A stretch of 64,000 bases of DNA, from contig NMRA01000042.1 in NCBI GenBank assembly GCA_002633005.1, forward strand, positions 1,012,230 to 1,076,229. Direction: 5' to 3'. A program made the position numbers and the translations under genes. Origin of the DNA: Phoronis australis. Its lineage: Eukaryota > Animalia > Phoronida. Positions 1-10,450 of this stretch are shown here, piece by piece. A model generated the notes under the pieces. The model did no database searches and had not been told where the DNA came from. It worked only from the letters and a program-made list of their open reading frames with translations. The stretch's first letter is position 1. Each line of letters begins with the position of its first letter.

Positions 1-1640
1 TAGTTGTCACGCTTCATTTCTTCATCAACTTTTGCAACAACCTTGTCAACCTCTTGGCAACATACTCTTTCTTCAACAACTGAGGTTGTCTGACAGTTGC
101 CCCAGGTGCACCTGCAAGATGTGTCAACAATAATACATTATTTCAGTAAACATCAACATTTCGAATTGGAAAATTTACCAAGAGTGCCTCTACCAAATTG
201 AGAGGTCTGCATACGACTTCAGTTTTCAGGAAAATTGGTTGGAACATCACAACCTATTTATTTTTGTACAAATTGATCATAAATAATAAAGATATTTACT
301 TTTCATACAAATGCATAGTGCTACACCCAAGGCAGTGGTAGATCATGCCCGGGGATATAGTAATGGACATTAGTTGTTTGATTTTTTAGCTGACCCTAAG
401 ACAAAAGGTTGTTGCCCTGATTCATTGATGGAGGGGAATGTTTTGTATGTAGTCGTGAGATCTGTTCTCCCAATCTGAATCCTATCGGCACCCACATTCC
501 ATTAATCAAACTAGACAATGACAATGGGGCAAACCAACTTGAAAAGCAGTGTTGCCACTCAAAGGGTCGCCCATATTTTAAATATTACAGTATACATTAA
601 AACTTCTTGATATGCTATATGGGCAATCACCAATCCAATGGTATGTCCTTTTTACTCTATAGAAACTTTACCAGGCGGTTCCTACCCAAGTCGAATCGTA
701 ACCAAGCAATGTACCATATTTCATTTATAAATAATGGCAACATTGGGTCAATATACATCGACATGAAATGGTTGTTTCCATTTCAAGCATCGCCTTACAA
801 AATAAAACTGTTTTGGAACACATGTGTAGATTGATATAGGTCCGAGTTGACTTGAGTACAAAAATGAAATGACTTGTTCTATAACCTATAGAATTATGCA
901 CTCCCCCAGCACCAAGGTGAGAAAGTCTCAATTATAAAATTTCAATTCTTTCATCCTCTTCTTTACAATTCACAGTCGATTATTCCAAATTGGTTCTCAT
1001 TCATTCCCTTGCATACATTTATTCACTCACACCCCGCTCAGTCTCGGAGAAGTAATAGACAATTTTTTTCAATGCTCAATTGCATGCTAGTGAAAGCCAG
1101 GATTCGAACCTGAGTCTCACTAGCTCAAACCACTGAGCCAGACTGTCTACAAATAATCAAAGATCTAGAACTTTTTGAGTGATTTGCAAAAATCCCAGTT
1201 TTATCACTGAAACTGGTATTAATCCACGGCTGAAACACGATTCACCAATGGGGATATGGGGCCTGGGACTGACTGGTAAAGCACCTACTTTTGAATTAAA
1301 AAAGACCAAGTTATAATTCGCAGTTGTAGGATACATATTGATAATATTCTTACCAATCACTAACATCTAATCGCAACTCCTGCGCCCCTTCAGCCTGTTG
1401 ACGTTCACAGGACGAACCCGCTGGGAGTGAGTCTTCAGCGACCAGACAAAGGGCCGTGAAAGGGATCGAGAGAGAATGGCTCCACTACAGAAAAGCTGTG
1501 AACACATATTGTTCCTCTGGGATCTGTCACCTCCACCTCCACGTCCGAAAGGTCGGAATCATCAGAAAAGTCCACCTGTCCGTCTCTGTATCGTTCAAAG
1601 TATTCCTCATCTACTCTGCTGTACTCACTTGGACACACAT
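1..1640 (-). pseudogene. Spliced KolX / P2X7-ballast-like cysteine-rich gene, disrupted, running off the left edge
   Basis: Exon A (about 1640-1354) has an acidic N-terminus (DFSDDSDLSDVEVE...VEPFSLDP), a frameshift, then ...QELRLDVSD-TG|gtaaga. Exon B starts at 111 after acceptor atcttgcag and gives (W)CTWGNCQTTSVVEERVCCQEVDKVVAK, the WCxCGxC...ECxCCxE KolX pattern with two Cys substituted. Confidence 0.72.
1060..1145 (-). mobile_element. tRNA-derived SINE head inside the KolX intron
   Basis: Minus strand TGGCTCAGTGG (A box) ... GGTTCGAATCC (B box); too short and degenerate for a cloverleaf. Confidence 0.55.
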
Positions 1641-1877
1641 TGCTTCCTTTGTGTTCCCCAACACCACGTCACAGATGTGTAACGAACGAAAATGGCGCCG
1701 TTCCTATTCTTCGTTACAACGATGGCGTTACAACACCACGGCACTAAATATGTAAATAACTTTGTATAGCGGCCTACAATTCAGTTAATGTTAAGAATAT
1801 AGCAATGATAATTATAAACTAGAATTTAGACTATATTGTTGTTCAGATTGGTTTGGACCTTGCAATTTCCTCTTTAA
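1641..1877. mobile_element. Probable terminus of a Kolobok-type element carrying the KolX pseudogene
   Basis: Sequence upstream of the KolX start ends in aatttcctct-TTAA (1874-1877), fitting a Kolobok YY-TTAA end. The partner end would lie outside the window. Confidence 0.4.
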
Positions 1878-3489
1878 CCTCAACTGACTCCCTCAGTGGG
1901 CAAAGGTCATCGGGTTCATGTTTGATACTTGCCGCGTAATAAACCCGGAAAACATCTTGTTTTCATTTGAAAGAGTTAAGACTTGGTTTCTATAACTATT
2001 TAAAGCAGACTTATTGCCTAAAAGTTTGTTCAAATGGTCTGTAAACTCTGCTCGTCATTTCCAAACCAAGAAAATAGACAGTTTTGCAAGACAATTTTCA
2101 CTAAGGTGCAAAGTTGAGGCAAGATTTTTTATTGCTCAGTCATCAAGACTAACTCTTTAACTGTATGCTCAAAAAGTCACATAAGGCTACAAGGTGTTTT
2201 ATGGCAGTCAGAAGGTCACAAAAATGGTCACAAAAATTAGCCCCAAAAAGTGGTCTGTGGATTATCTCCCCTGTCTAGTACAAAACTGTCAGATTTTAAT
2301 AAATGGCACAGAATTATGTACAGTATACGTTGGTTATTTCAGCCACCAAAATATAGCTTTTGATCTATTTTTTATGTTACTCATTTTTGTTGCTGAAAAA
2401 ATGCAATTTTCGAGACGGCTAATATGCCCAATTGTGCCAATTTGTGTTATCATGCTCCAGCGGCGAAATTAGGGGTCACTGAGTGCACAAAATTTGGTTT
2501 ATGTTAGGATACCTACCCATGTACAAAAAATGAAGTTGTTTTAAATTTTGACGTATACATGTAGACTGATTTTTGAAAATCTACTGGTTTTTATATGGAC
2601 TGTCTCTTAAAACTCTGTAAGTATCAGAAAACCATAAACAGGACAGAATACAAAAATTATGGTTTTCCTCGAGTAAGAGTTGCAAACTTTAAAAGCTCGC
2701 CAGGCTACAGAACATTTGTCCCATCTCTTGAAATCTACAGAAACAACCCATCTACCGTCTCAATATATCCTTGTGGGGTGTAGCATTCTTGGGGTATCCC
2801 TTCCTTCGACCCTGTTCTATTCTTAGTAACCTGGCTATATTAATAAATCTCTGAATTGATGTCCACTTTGTAAAAATGCACAACTATTAATCTTGTAGTC
2901 ACTCTTTGTGTTTCTTCGTTGCTAGAAAACAACAGACATCTTGGTCACTAAACCCTTAAAGACATATCCGACTAAGAAGGAAAGTCTAGTAAATGACCAT
3001 GAAACATCGACTTAAGTGAGTGTTCTTTGGACCAAATTCAGTTGAACAATATTGTTTCTGCGATGGGACTCTCACCCACAAAATCATTTCATTTCAATTT
3101 CAATTTTTAAACCTCAAAAGACATTGATTCTGGGTCTAATCTTTATACTAGATATCAAATTTTATCATTTTTTTGTTTTTTTTTGCTATAACTAAAGACT
3201 CTTTAATTCTGTGTTCAAGCATGCAATGATTTTCTTGGAAGATATTCTTAAAATCCTAGTTTGCAGTTGATGATCCTGACATTAAAGCTATGAGTTGTTA
3301 CTGGAAATTGTTGTTATCAATATTAGTTCCTAGATACTACAAAGTACACCCGCATCTCATTGAACATGGTTCATCAGCAAGATGGCGGACCACTCCGCTC
3401 AATGAAAACTGCGTGACTTCAACTCTAGTTATATTTATCTCAACAACAGTTGTGGTAATGGATGCGTTGTAAGCGTTTAGCCTTAATGA

Positions 3490-3825
3490 TGTTGGCGGTG
3501 GTGGATGGCGTGCTGGTGGTGATATAGGTGGTGCTAGGGGTGAAAGTGGTTTCGGTATGTTGTGTAGTAAACTTTAGTGGTATAGATGTTGACTCAGTGC
3601 GGCCATGGCGCAGCGGTGGTGATGGTGGTGCTGATGGTGGTGTTTGCATGGTGATGTTGAGGTGGTCATTGGGGTGGAGATGAAGGGGATGATAGAGGTG
3701 GTGGTGGTCGTCGTCGTGGTCGTGGTCGTGGTGGTCGTGGTCGTGGTGGTCTTTGTTGTGGTGGTGGCGGTGTCGGTAGTGGTGGTGGTTGTGATAGAGA
3801 TGGTGGTTGTGGTACTGGTGATATA
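3490..3825. repeat. (GGT/CGT)-rich degenerate trinucleotide microsatellite
   Basis: Runs of ggtggt/ggtcgt; source of the spurious poly-His and poly-Val ORFs. Confidence 0.9.
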
Positions 3826-5022
3826 ATTTTGACAATGATGATATGATTGTTTTGAAGCGGTTATAAACCTGAGTTCTATTCAAGAAGAGGTCTCTAGATT
3901 TAGATCACTTACCTCTATAAAAGTTGTCTTCGTTTCTAAATTTCTTAGGTGAGAAGTTATTTAGGGGGGTGCAAAGAACTGTCTCTTCGTTATTCTTTAA
4001 AGGAATTGGTCAATTCGAAAGAACTTTTAGAAATACGTGAGGCTACTCTGAATGCCGCTCCACCGCACAGACTACACCTCTGGAGCGTGGCAGACAGGAT
4101 TGAAGCGACGGCGGGGAGGGAATGTATACAGATGTGCAAAAATTGAGCACTTTGTGACAAATGTTTGCAATTTGGTTCAGTGTCAGGTGTAAACAAAGGA
4201 AATTTAAAATGCACCGCAAGCAAAGTGTGTCCTGGTGGTCGCTACGCGCAAAATTCAATAGGGCCGCCGTCGAAAATGGAAATTGACGTATCTCGGCCAT
4301 TATTATCACTAGAACAAATTGTAATGTCATGTTTTGAATATTTTTGGAGATGAGAAATTCATATCTGGTGTTAGTTTTAAGTTGTAAATCAATTCCAGTG
4401 CAAAATGATACTTTCACGGCAAATGTCACTTACCAATAATCCAAATTTTTGTTTGATCTCACCAAAGTTACTTTGTTTATTTAATTGGTATATCGATGTG
4501 ATTCGAAGAATAAAATCCTAAAATTACCACTTTCCAAAACCAGATTTGCACAAAATAGGACTTGTCCAGCTGACTGTGACAATACTTCTAGACTTAGACA
4601 TATAGAAACATAGATACTTCATTAGCAACTGAATGAACAGAATTGTCTACCAACTACTGCTGGCTGCTGGTTTGTATCATGAACTTAAAGGCGAAGGCAA
4701 CCTTTTTTCATGTCATTCTGAGCTAAAATAAGGTTGGTTGGATATCCTAGACATATTTTCCACTTAATTACAGCTTTTCGTAATTTTATTAATTACTCGT
4801 CCGCTTTTCCGGAAGTGACGTTTTAGGAGGCAAGCGTTTCCCGCCACTTGGTTTTGCGTTGAGTATACTGTGCGAATTTGTTATATTCTGCTTTTGTTTC
4901 GTGCAGTTTTTCAACAATTGTCGCCACCACTTTCCATCGGCGAGTATTCTGCGGCAACATAGGTTAGTAGAGAACTCAACTGCGTTGGATTTAGGGATTG
5001 TTTAGAGTGTTGTAAGCTGAAA

Positions 5023-5315
5023 ATGGCTGGATCGGTGACCCGTATCACAGTGACAGTAGTGTGAGTGACGGATACCTTGTTCACAGCAGTGGTGACGAGG
5101 AATTTTTTCACGGACATTCAGTGGGTGGGTACATGTTTGAGCCCGAGCATAACGAGGCAGAGTACGCACAGGCACAGGCAGCTGTTGAGAGAAACGAGGC
5201 GGCTACTGAGGACAGACGTGGTGACATATCTTGGTGCAAATGCACTGTGTGCGTTGTTATGCCTACCTCAATGGAATGCTTGTGCTGTTCAGAGTTCGAC
5301 GAGGCCAAGCCACTA
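5023..5315 (+). pseudogene. Truncated KolX accessory protein, copy 1
   Basis: GGYMFEPE...RRGDISWCKCTVCVVMPTSMECLCCSEF; a 1-nt deletion just after the ATG at 5023 relative to copy 2. Confidence 0.8.
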
Positions 5316-6115
5316 CTGGACACGGTTAAGTGGACCTCCGGCATACCACGGGCAGAGGAACAACTGTCCCACTTGCCAGAGTGTCCCGCGACACACTCCC
5401 ACTGGATGGTGACCTGAGCACCCAAACAGCTTACATCGTGTCGTGTGACTCCCTCGCCACACACCTGGCACCTTCTAAATAGCTCCAACACTTTAGACAA
5501 GTCCACAATAAACTTATCAAAGTTTGGCTCACCGATCTGTTCACTGGACGACGAACTGTCCTCTTCACTGGGTGTCGAACTGAGCCTGTAATCACTCCCA
5601 CTACTCAATATCGCTGCAGGGCTGCTTAGAGGCTCTGGGCTGGAGAAAACAGCACAGGGCGAATCACTACTGGTTCCAGGAATTGCACGCTCTGGGGTAC
5701 GTTCGGAGGCACGGGTGACAGTAGATGAAGTGCCTCCACTGGCTCCAGTCACTGTACTGGCCACAGCTCGCGAGGCTTCTCGCTTCAAAAACGCACTTCT
5801 CGGGGGTGGCGACGGGGCACTGCCGGGAATCAACACAGACGGAATGGCATCCTTCTTCAGGCGTTGTTTCGCAGGGACCTTCATCAGTTCAGCGTACAAA
5901 TCCCTTTCGTAATCGGACGGCAGAAAGTGCTTGCCACACACACGGTAATTCTCCACTGCTTTGTACGTTGCGTGGACGGGTAACGCTGCGTTCTTCACAC
6001 GAACGAGCCAAGTACGGCGAAGTGTGTCATCCATCGGAAAGCGATGCAAAGGCACTCCCAAAGCGCGCGTGAGCCGATAATTACTACATCCCGGTACGCA
6101 GCAACAGTGTGGCAT
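5311..6115 (-). pseudogene. Truncated Kolobok transposase (THAP plus CxxC...CxxxH region, no catalytic core)
   Basis: ORF 5108..6115 follows copy 2 up to about GMPEVHLT, then reads into antisense KolX sequence at the deletion junction. Confidence 0.85.
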
Positions 6116-6595
6116 GTTGACTGACTAGTAAATGAAAGCGAACGACGACGGAACTTAACACAACCGAGGTAGAACAATGACTGACTCGGCAGCTCTCACA
6201 GTCAGACTATGTGAAAAGAAATTGGCGGGAAGCGCTTGCCTCCTAAAACGTCACTTCCGGAGTAGCGGACGAGTAATTAACAAAATTACGAAAAGCTGTA
6301 ATTAAGTGGAAAATATGTCTAGGATAACCAACCAACCTTATTTTAGCTCAAAATGACATGAAAAAAGGTTGCCTTCGCCTTTAAAGCGACCCGACATTGA
6401 GAAAGACTAATTATCAAGTTTAAGAGTGATTGCTGGTGCAGGCACCTTCACATTTGCACAATGTGATACACAGGAGTCCAGCTCGATGGCACTTACAATT
6501 GCTTTTGCACAGCCACAGTGGCTTGCATTTTCCAGATGTGTCTAATATGGCACCTGTTTTTTTAGTTCCAACATTCTATTCCTAACATCATATAC

Positions 6596-7005
6596 CTGGG
6601 TTTGGTATGTCTGCCACTGAGTTCCCTTAAGCATTGGTATTTTAGCTGAGACCCGTGTTCGTCGCTTTCCTGTCTCACCACGCTTCACACGAGTCTGGGA
6701 CTTCGGACTATATTCTGTGTGTGTCCCAGTCTGCGTCCACTCTTCTTGTGCCGTCTGTCTTCTGGCTTTGCACGTATGGCAGCAATTGCATCTGCGTATA
6801 CTCCCCAAACATTTTTCCACGCTGGGGATGCTTCATATGTAGTATGGCGGTCATATGGAGAACCACGACAGCAGCTTCCTTGACCGCCAGAAATCGGCCA
6901 GGAACAGGCATGCCAGGAAAACATGCAATAATATCAGACTTGGTCCCTGGCTGAAGTTTACCTCTATCGCATAAGGATTTTAATGCTTCAAAAAATCTAA
7001 AATCT
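6596..7005 (-). mobile_element. Academ transposase fragment (XPG/PIN-like region)
   Basis: SLCDRGKLQPGTKSDIIACF...AAVVVLHMTAILHM.HP...FGEY...LLPYVQSQ...RVDADWDT, continuing in another frame as SPKSQTRVKRGETGKRRTRVSAKIP; the recurrent motif series of Academ-type proteins. Confidence 0.65.
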
Positions 7006-8883
7006 CTACATAAACATATTGGTGACGAGAGCCGTATTCGTTTTGGCAAATCCCAGCTTGTGACTACCCTTCTTCAAATCAGTGGGTGGTCTGTTGGAAA
7101 AAGTAAACAAGTTGGTCATTGGGATGATGTCAGACAACGGTTTGGTAACAATTTCAGTTCTGGGCTTAACAAACTTTTTGAAATTAAAATAAACCGAAAG
7201 GGCATGATACTATAACTTGAATTCGAAAGCAAACGATCTTCAGTTTAACATGGTTTAGGGACATTAGATTGTGAAAATATCAACAATTGACAGTGACAAT
7301 GTCTATACATTTTGGTGATTTAGACCAAAAGTGCAACCTTAAGCTTACTTCGTAGCACGTTACTCGGTCTTAGCTTAGAGCAATTTTGTTCTTAAGAAAT
7401 TTCATGAAATAGGAATAAGACATTTTGACCTTTAGTTATCCCCCTCCCATGCCGGTCTAAGCTTAGGCCAAAAAACTTTCACGAAACTAGCCCAACTTTA
7501 GACCTTGTATCATGTGACTCGAACTCATCGTCATTCATGGACTAAAGAAGTTCAATATCAGGTCTCCAAATGAAGTCACAATGGTCCTCACAGACACTTC
7601 TCCGGTACTCTACCGCGTGTCTCCGTTTTTACTGTCAGCTTTAGTTTCCCAGATATCTTTTGCCAGCTGTTCACAGACCTTGAGTAGAAGACGAACACTA
7701 CTTGCACCGTTCCCAACTTGTACATATGGTTACGTCAGGTGCACAATGCGGCATGAACTTATGCAAATTTAGGGTATGAATGTCACAAAAAAGGAAAACT
7801 GTTTTAGCATTCCTCTCACGATGTCTCGTCTCATACCCCACTCATTGTTCAAGTTTACGCTTTGTCGAATCCGGTGTATACAAATTTCTAAAACTGGTCT
7901 TCCATTCGTCTACATATAGATATGCGCAATTTCGAAGGAATTGTGTGCGTGTAAACTCTAAGAAGCGTCTTTGGTCTTGCCTGCAAGGGGTAGGCTGAGC
8001 CCCTTGCTCCTTCCCATGGGATAAACACGAATTTGATGACGACCGGTGAGGTGAGCTGAAATGGGTGGCAACCTTAGGGCACGTTTCAATGAACAGGGGG
8101 CTCAACCTAAAATTGAAATGTTTTGACCGGGGTTGGACTTTCTTGCACTGAACGCAAGGGACGTGACGTATAGGCCAACTTGTGCCCCGAGTGGTTGCTA
8201 CACCTGAGTGCCTTCGCCTTAGACCCGACTACTCGGAGGGGGCTTGCGCTAACATTTTTGGCCAGCCAAGAAAAAAAAAACATTTAGTCACCCTAACTTT
8301 TTAATTTTGGGGGTTTGACGGTGCTAACTTGGTGTAAAGCTTGATTACAATTTGAAGAAAGTCGTGAATCCATTGTCAAGATATGTTATTCTCACACGGA
8401 CTTAGGATCGAGTCGGGAGGTGTGTGAGAATACTACAAGAACTCAGACTCTGCCAGTGTGGTGAGATTCAATCAAAGGATCATGTGTTACTTTTTGTCCT
8501 CTTGTCAACAATATCAGATCTACTTTCGCCTGTGTATAGGACCATACATCCATTACGTAATTGTTAAGCCATCGCCACAAACAAATAGGAACTTATGTAA
8601 CTGAAGTCCTGGAAATGTTCGAAAACTATGCAGTATATTGTATACGTTTGTTATATTTCCTTTTTTATTGCCTCTTTTTCGATCATACGTTCCATTTTGC
8701 TGTCAATTTTTTAGGTCAGTTACATCCATTATTTGTTTATTGTTTAGTTGAACTGAGTTTTATGATTTGTATTATATGGCATTCATTTTTGTAAGCGCTC
8801 AAGCGATATTGATCAACTTGTTCCTTTTTAGTGTCTTTGTTTACATTTTTGTTGGACTATCGTCAATGAAACTACTATTAAAA

Positions 8884-8903
8884 TGCTACTACTCCTGCTA
8901 CTT

Positions 8904-8934
<31 letters not shown>

Positions 8935-9073
8935 TTTTGCTACTGCTGGTGCTGGTGCTGCTGCTGCCGCCGCCGCCGCCGCCGCCGCTGCTGCTGCTGC
9001 TTATTTACTTATTTATTGTTGTGATATTTAAAATGAGGGTGGCCTCTTCAGTGATAGCACTGCTTTCCAAGAG

Positions 9074-9127
<54 letters not shown>

Positions 9128-9181
9128 TGCTGCTGCTGCTTTTGCTGCAGCTGCTCCTGCCGCCGCCGCCGCTGCTGCTGC
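8884..9181. repeat. (CTG)n/(CCG)n microsatellites
   Basis: Two blocks, 8884-9000 and about 9073-9181; source of the poly-Leu, poly-Cys and poly-Ala ORFs. Confidence 0.95.
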
Positions 9182-9765
9182 AATTACCAAACCTTCAGCC
9201 ATATTTATCACCTGCACCCTTATCCTCCACGAACGCGCCGACTACATGTACGTGGTGACCAAATTCCGTTCCAGTGGTTCTGGTTTGAGTTTGATCCCCG
9301 GGTTTGTAGTGTGCTCACAAGGTCAGCGCGACGTGAGCGAGTTTAGAGGCCAAGGTAGAGTTCAGTAGCTTTCTCGCCACTAGCCAAAATTACGTGTTCT
9401 CACTTAAAATACACAGCAATATCTAACGCAATCCCTCGAAGTCTTGCTTTCAGCGAGGTCCTGGCGAATGTCTTAACGTTACTCAACTCTACCCAGGTGT
9501 GGAATTCGTACTGCGGATTTGGTGTTTGTTGCAGAGGATTGTTACCACTCCCTATTAATGGCAGTTTTAAATATACCTGGATGTGAGTGCAATGGTGCTG
9601 CAATATTATCGGTCCAACGAGCGCCTGAAGCAGTGACGTCACAAAGGCAAACTTGTACTGCCGGCTGTTGACGCACACTCCACTATAATCTATGATATTA
9701 CCTAATGATACCTAGTTGCGCGTCTACTGTTGACAACTGAAAGCATTACGATTGTCAGTGTGGAA

Positions 9766-9905
9766 ATGGCTGCCCACACCACGCTCGAGGAACGCGAGAT
9801 GATGGAAAGGTGCAGGAGAGCTGCGGAGACAGCGACCGACCCACAGGAGAAATTACGTCTAGCATTTCTAGCCAGAGGTGTTTCGGGCGTGAAAGGCATT
9901 GGCAG
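9766..9905 (+). CDS. CAPSL: Calcyphosin-like EF-hand protein, coding exon 1
   Basis: ATG at 9766 reads MAAHTTLEEREMMERCRRAAETATDPQEKLRLAFLARGVSGVKGIG(R), matching the CAPSL N-terminus ([24 protein letters not shown]). Donor AG|gtatt at 9905/9906, phase 2. A possible acceptor ttgtcag ends at 9758, so an upstream non-coding exon may exist. Confidence 0.92.
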
Positions 9906-10149
9906 GTATTAACTCACGAATAACGTGGAAACAATTTTGCTCAACTTTTTCGACAATTGCCTTCAACTGAATGATATTACAAAATGTCATTCACTCACGA
10001 AATACTGGAAACTTATCATACTCCCAAAACCTTCAATTTCTACATGGCGTCCTTGGTTATATTTATGTTTGAGTGTTTCTTAGGGATATGTTTAAGGTCT
10101 GGCATGCATTCACTCGAGGTCATTGGCGTAGATATTTACAAATTTAATG

Positions 10150-10450
10150 GGTATATCTCATTGAAGAACCATTCACTCCCCAGAGTTTCATAATACACAA
10201 AATAACTCGATGAAAAACCAGTCATTCTCAATAGTTTGATAATGCACAAAATAACTCAGTTAAGAACCTTCTTAGTAGTTTCACATTGCACGAGATAACT
10301 CAGTGAAGTACCAGCCATTCTCATAGCTTCAAAATACACAAAATAACTCAGTGAAGAACCAGCCACTCTCAATAGTTTTATAATGCAAAAAATGACTCGG
10401 TAAAGAACCTTCTCAATAGTTTCATAGTGCACAAAATAACTCAGTGAAAT
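10150..10450. repeat. Minisatellite with 40-50 bp units
   Basis: Repeated cacaaaataactcagtgaagaacc...ttctcaatagtttcataatg, about six degenerate copies. Confidence 0.85.

Larger units (their letters stand above)
4689..6380 (-). mobile_element. Kolobok DNA transposon, internally deleted copy 1
   Basis: TTAA TSD at 4685-4688 and 6381-6384; 158-bp TIRs (4689-4846, 6223-6380) starting AGGCGAAGGCAACC. THAP-domain ORF on - strand from 6115 (CCVPGC..LHRFP..W..RVCGKHF..LKKDAIPS) converges on a KolX-like 5' part on + strand. Confidence 0.9.

Noticed and set aside
1060-1145. tRNA gene
   Set aside because: A and B boxes only; acceptor and anticodon arms cannot be formed. The same applies to 17040-17140.
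3440-3883. Poly-His and poly-Val ORFs
   Set aside because: Translations of a GGT/CGT microsatellite; no splice signals or domain context.
5061-5417. P2X7 receptor gene
   Set aside because: Only the ballast-like Cys motif is present, with no channel domain; it is transposon KolX.
5108-6115. Host THAP-domain gene pair
   Set aside because: Both copies sit inside TIR/TTAA-bounded elements and are truncated transposases.
8767-9368. Poly-Leu/Cys/Ala ORFs resembling signal peptides or metallothionein
   Set aside because: Translations of (CTG)n/(CCG)n repeats.
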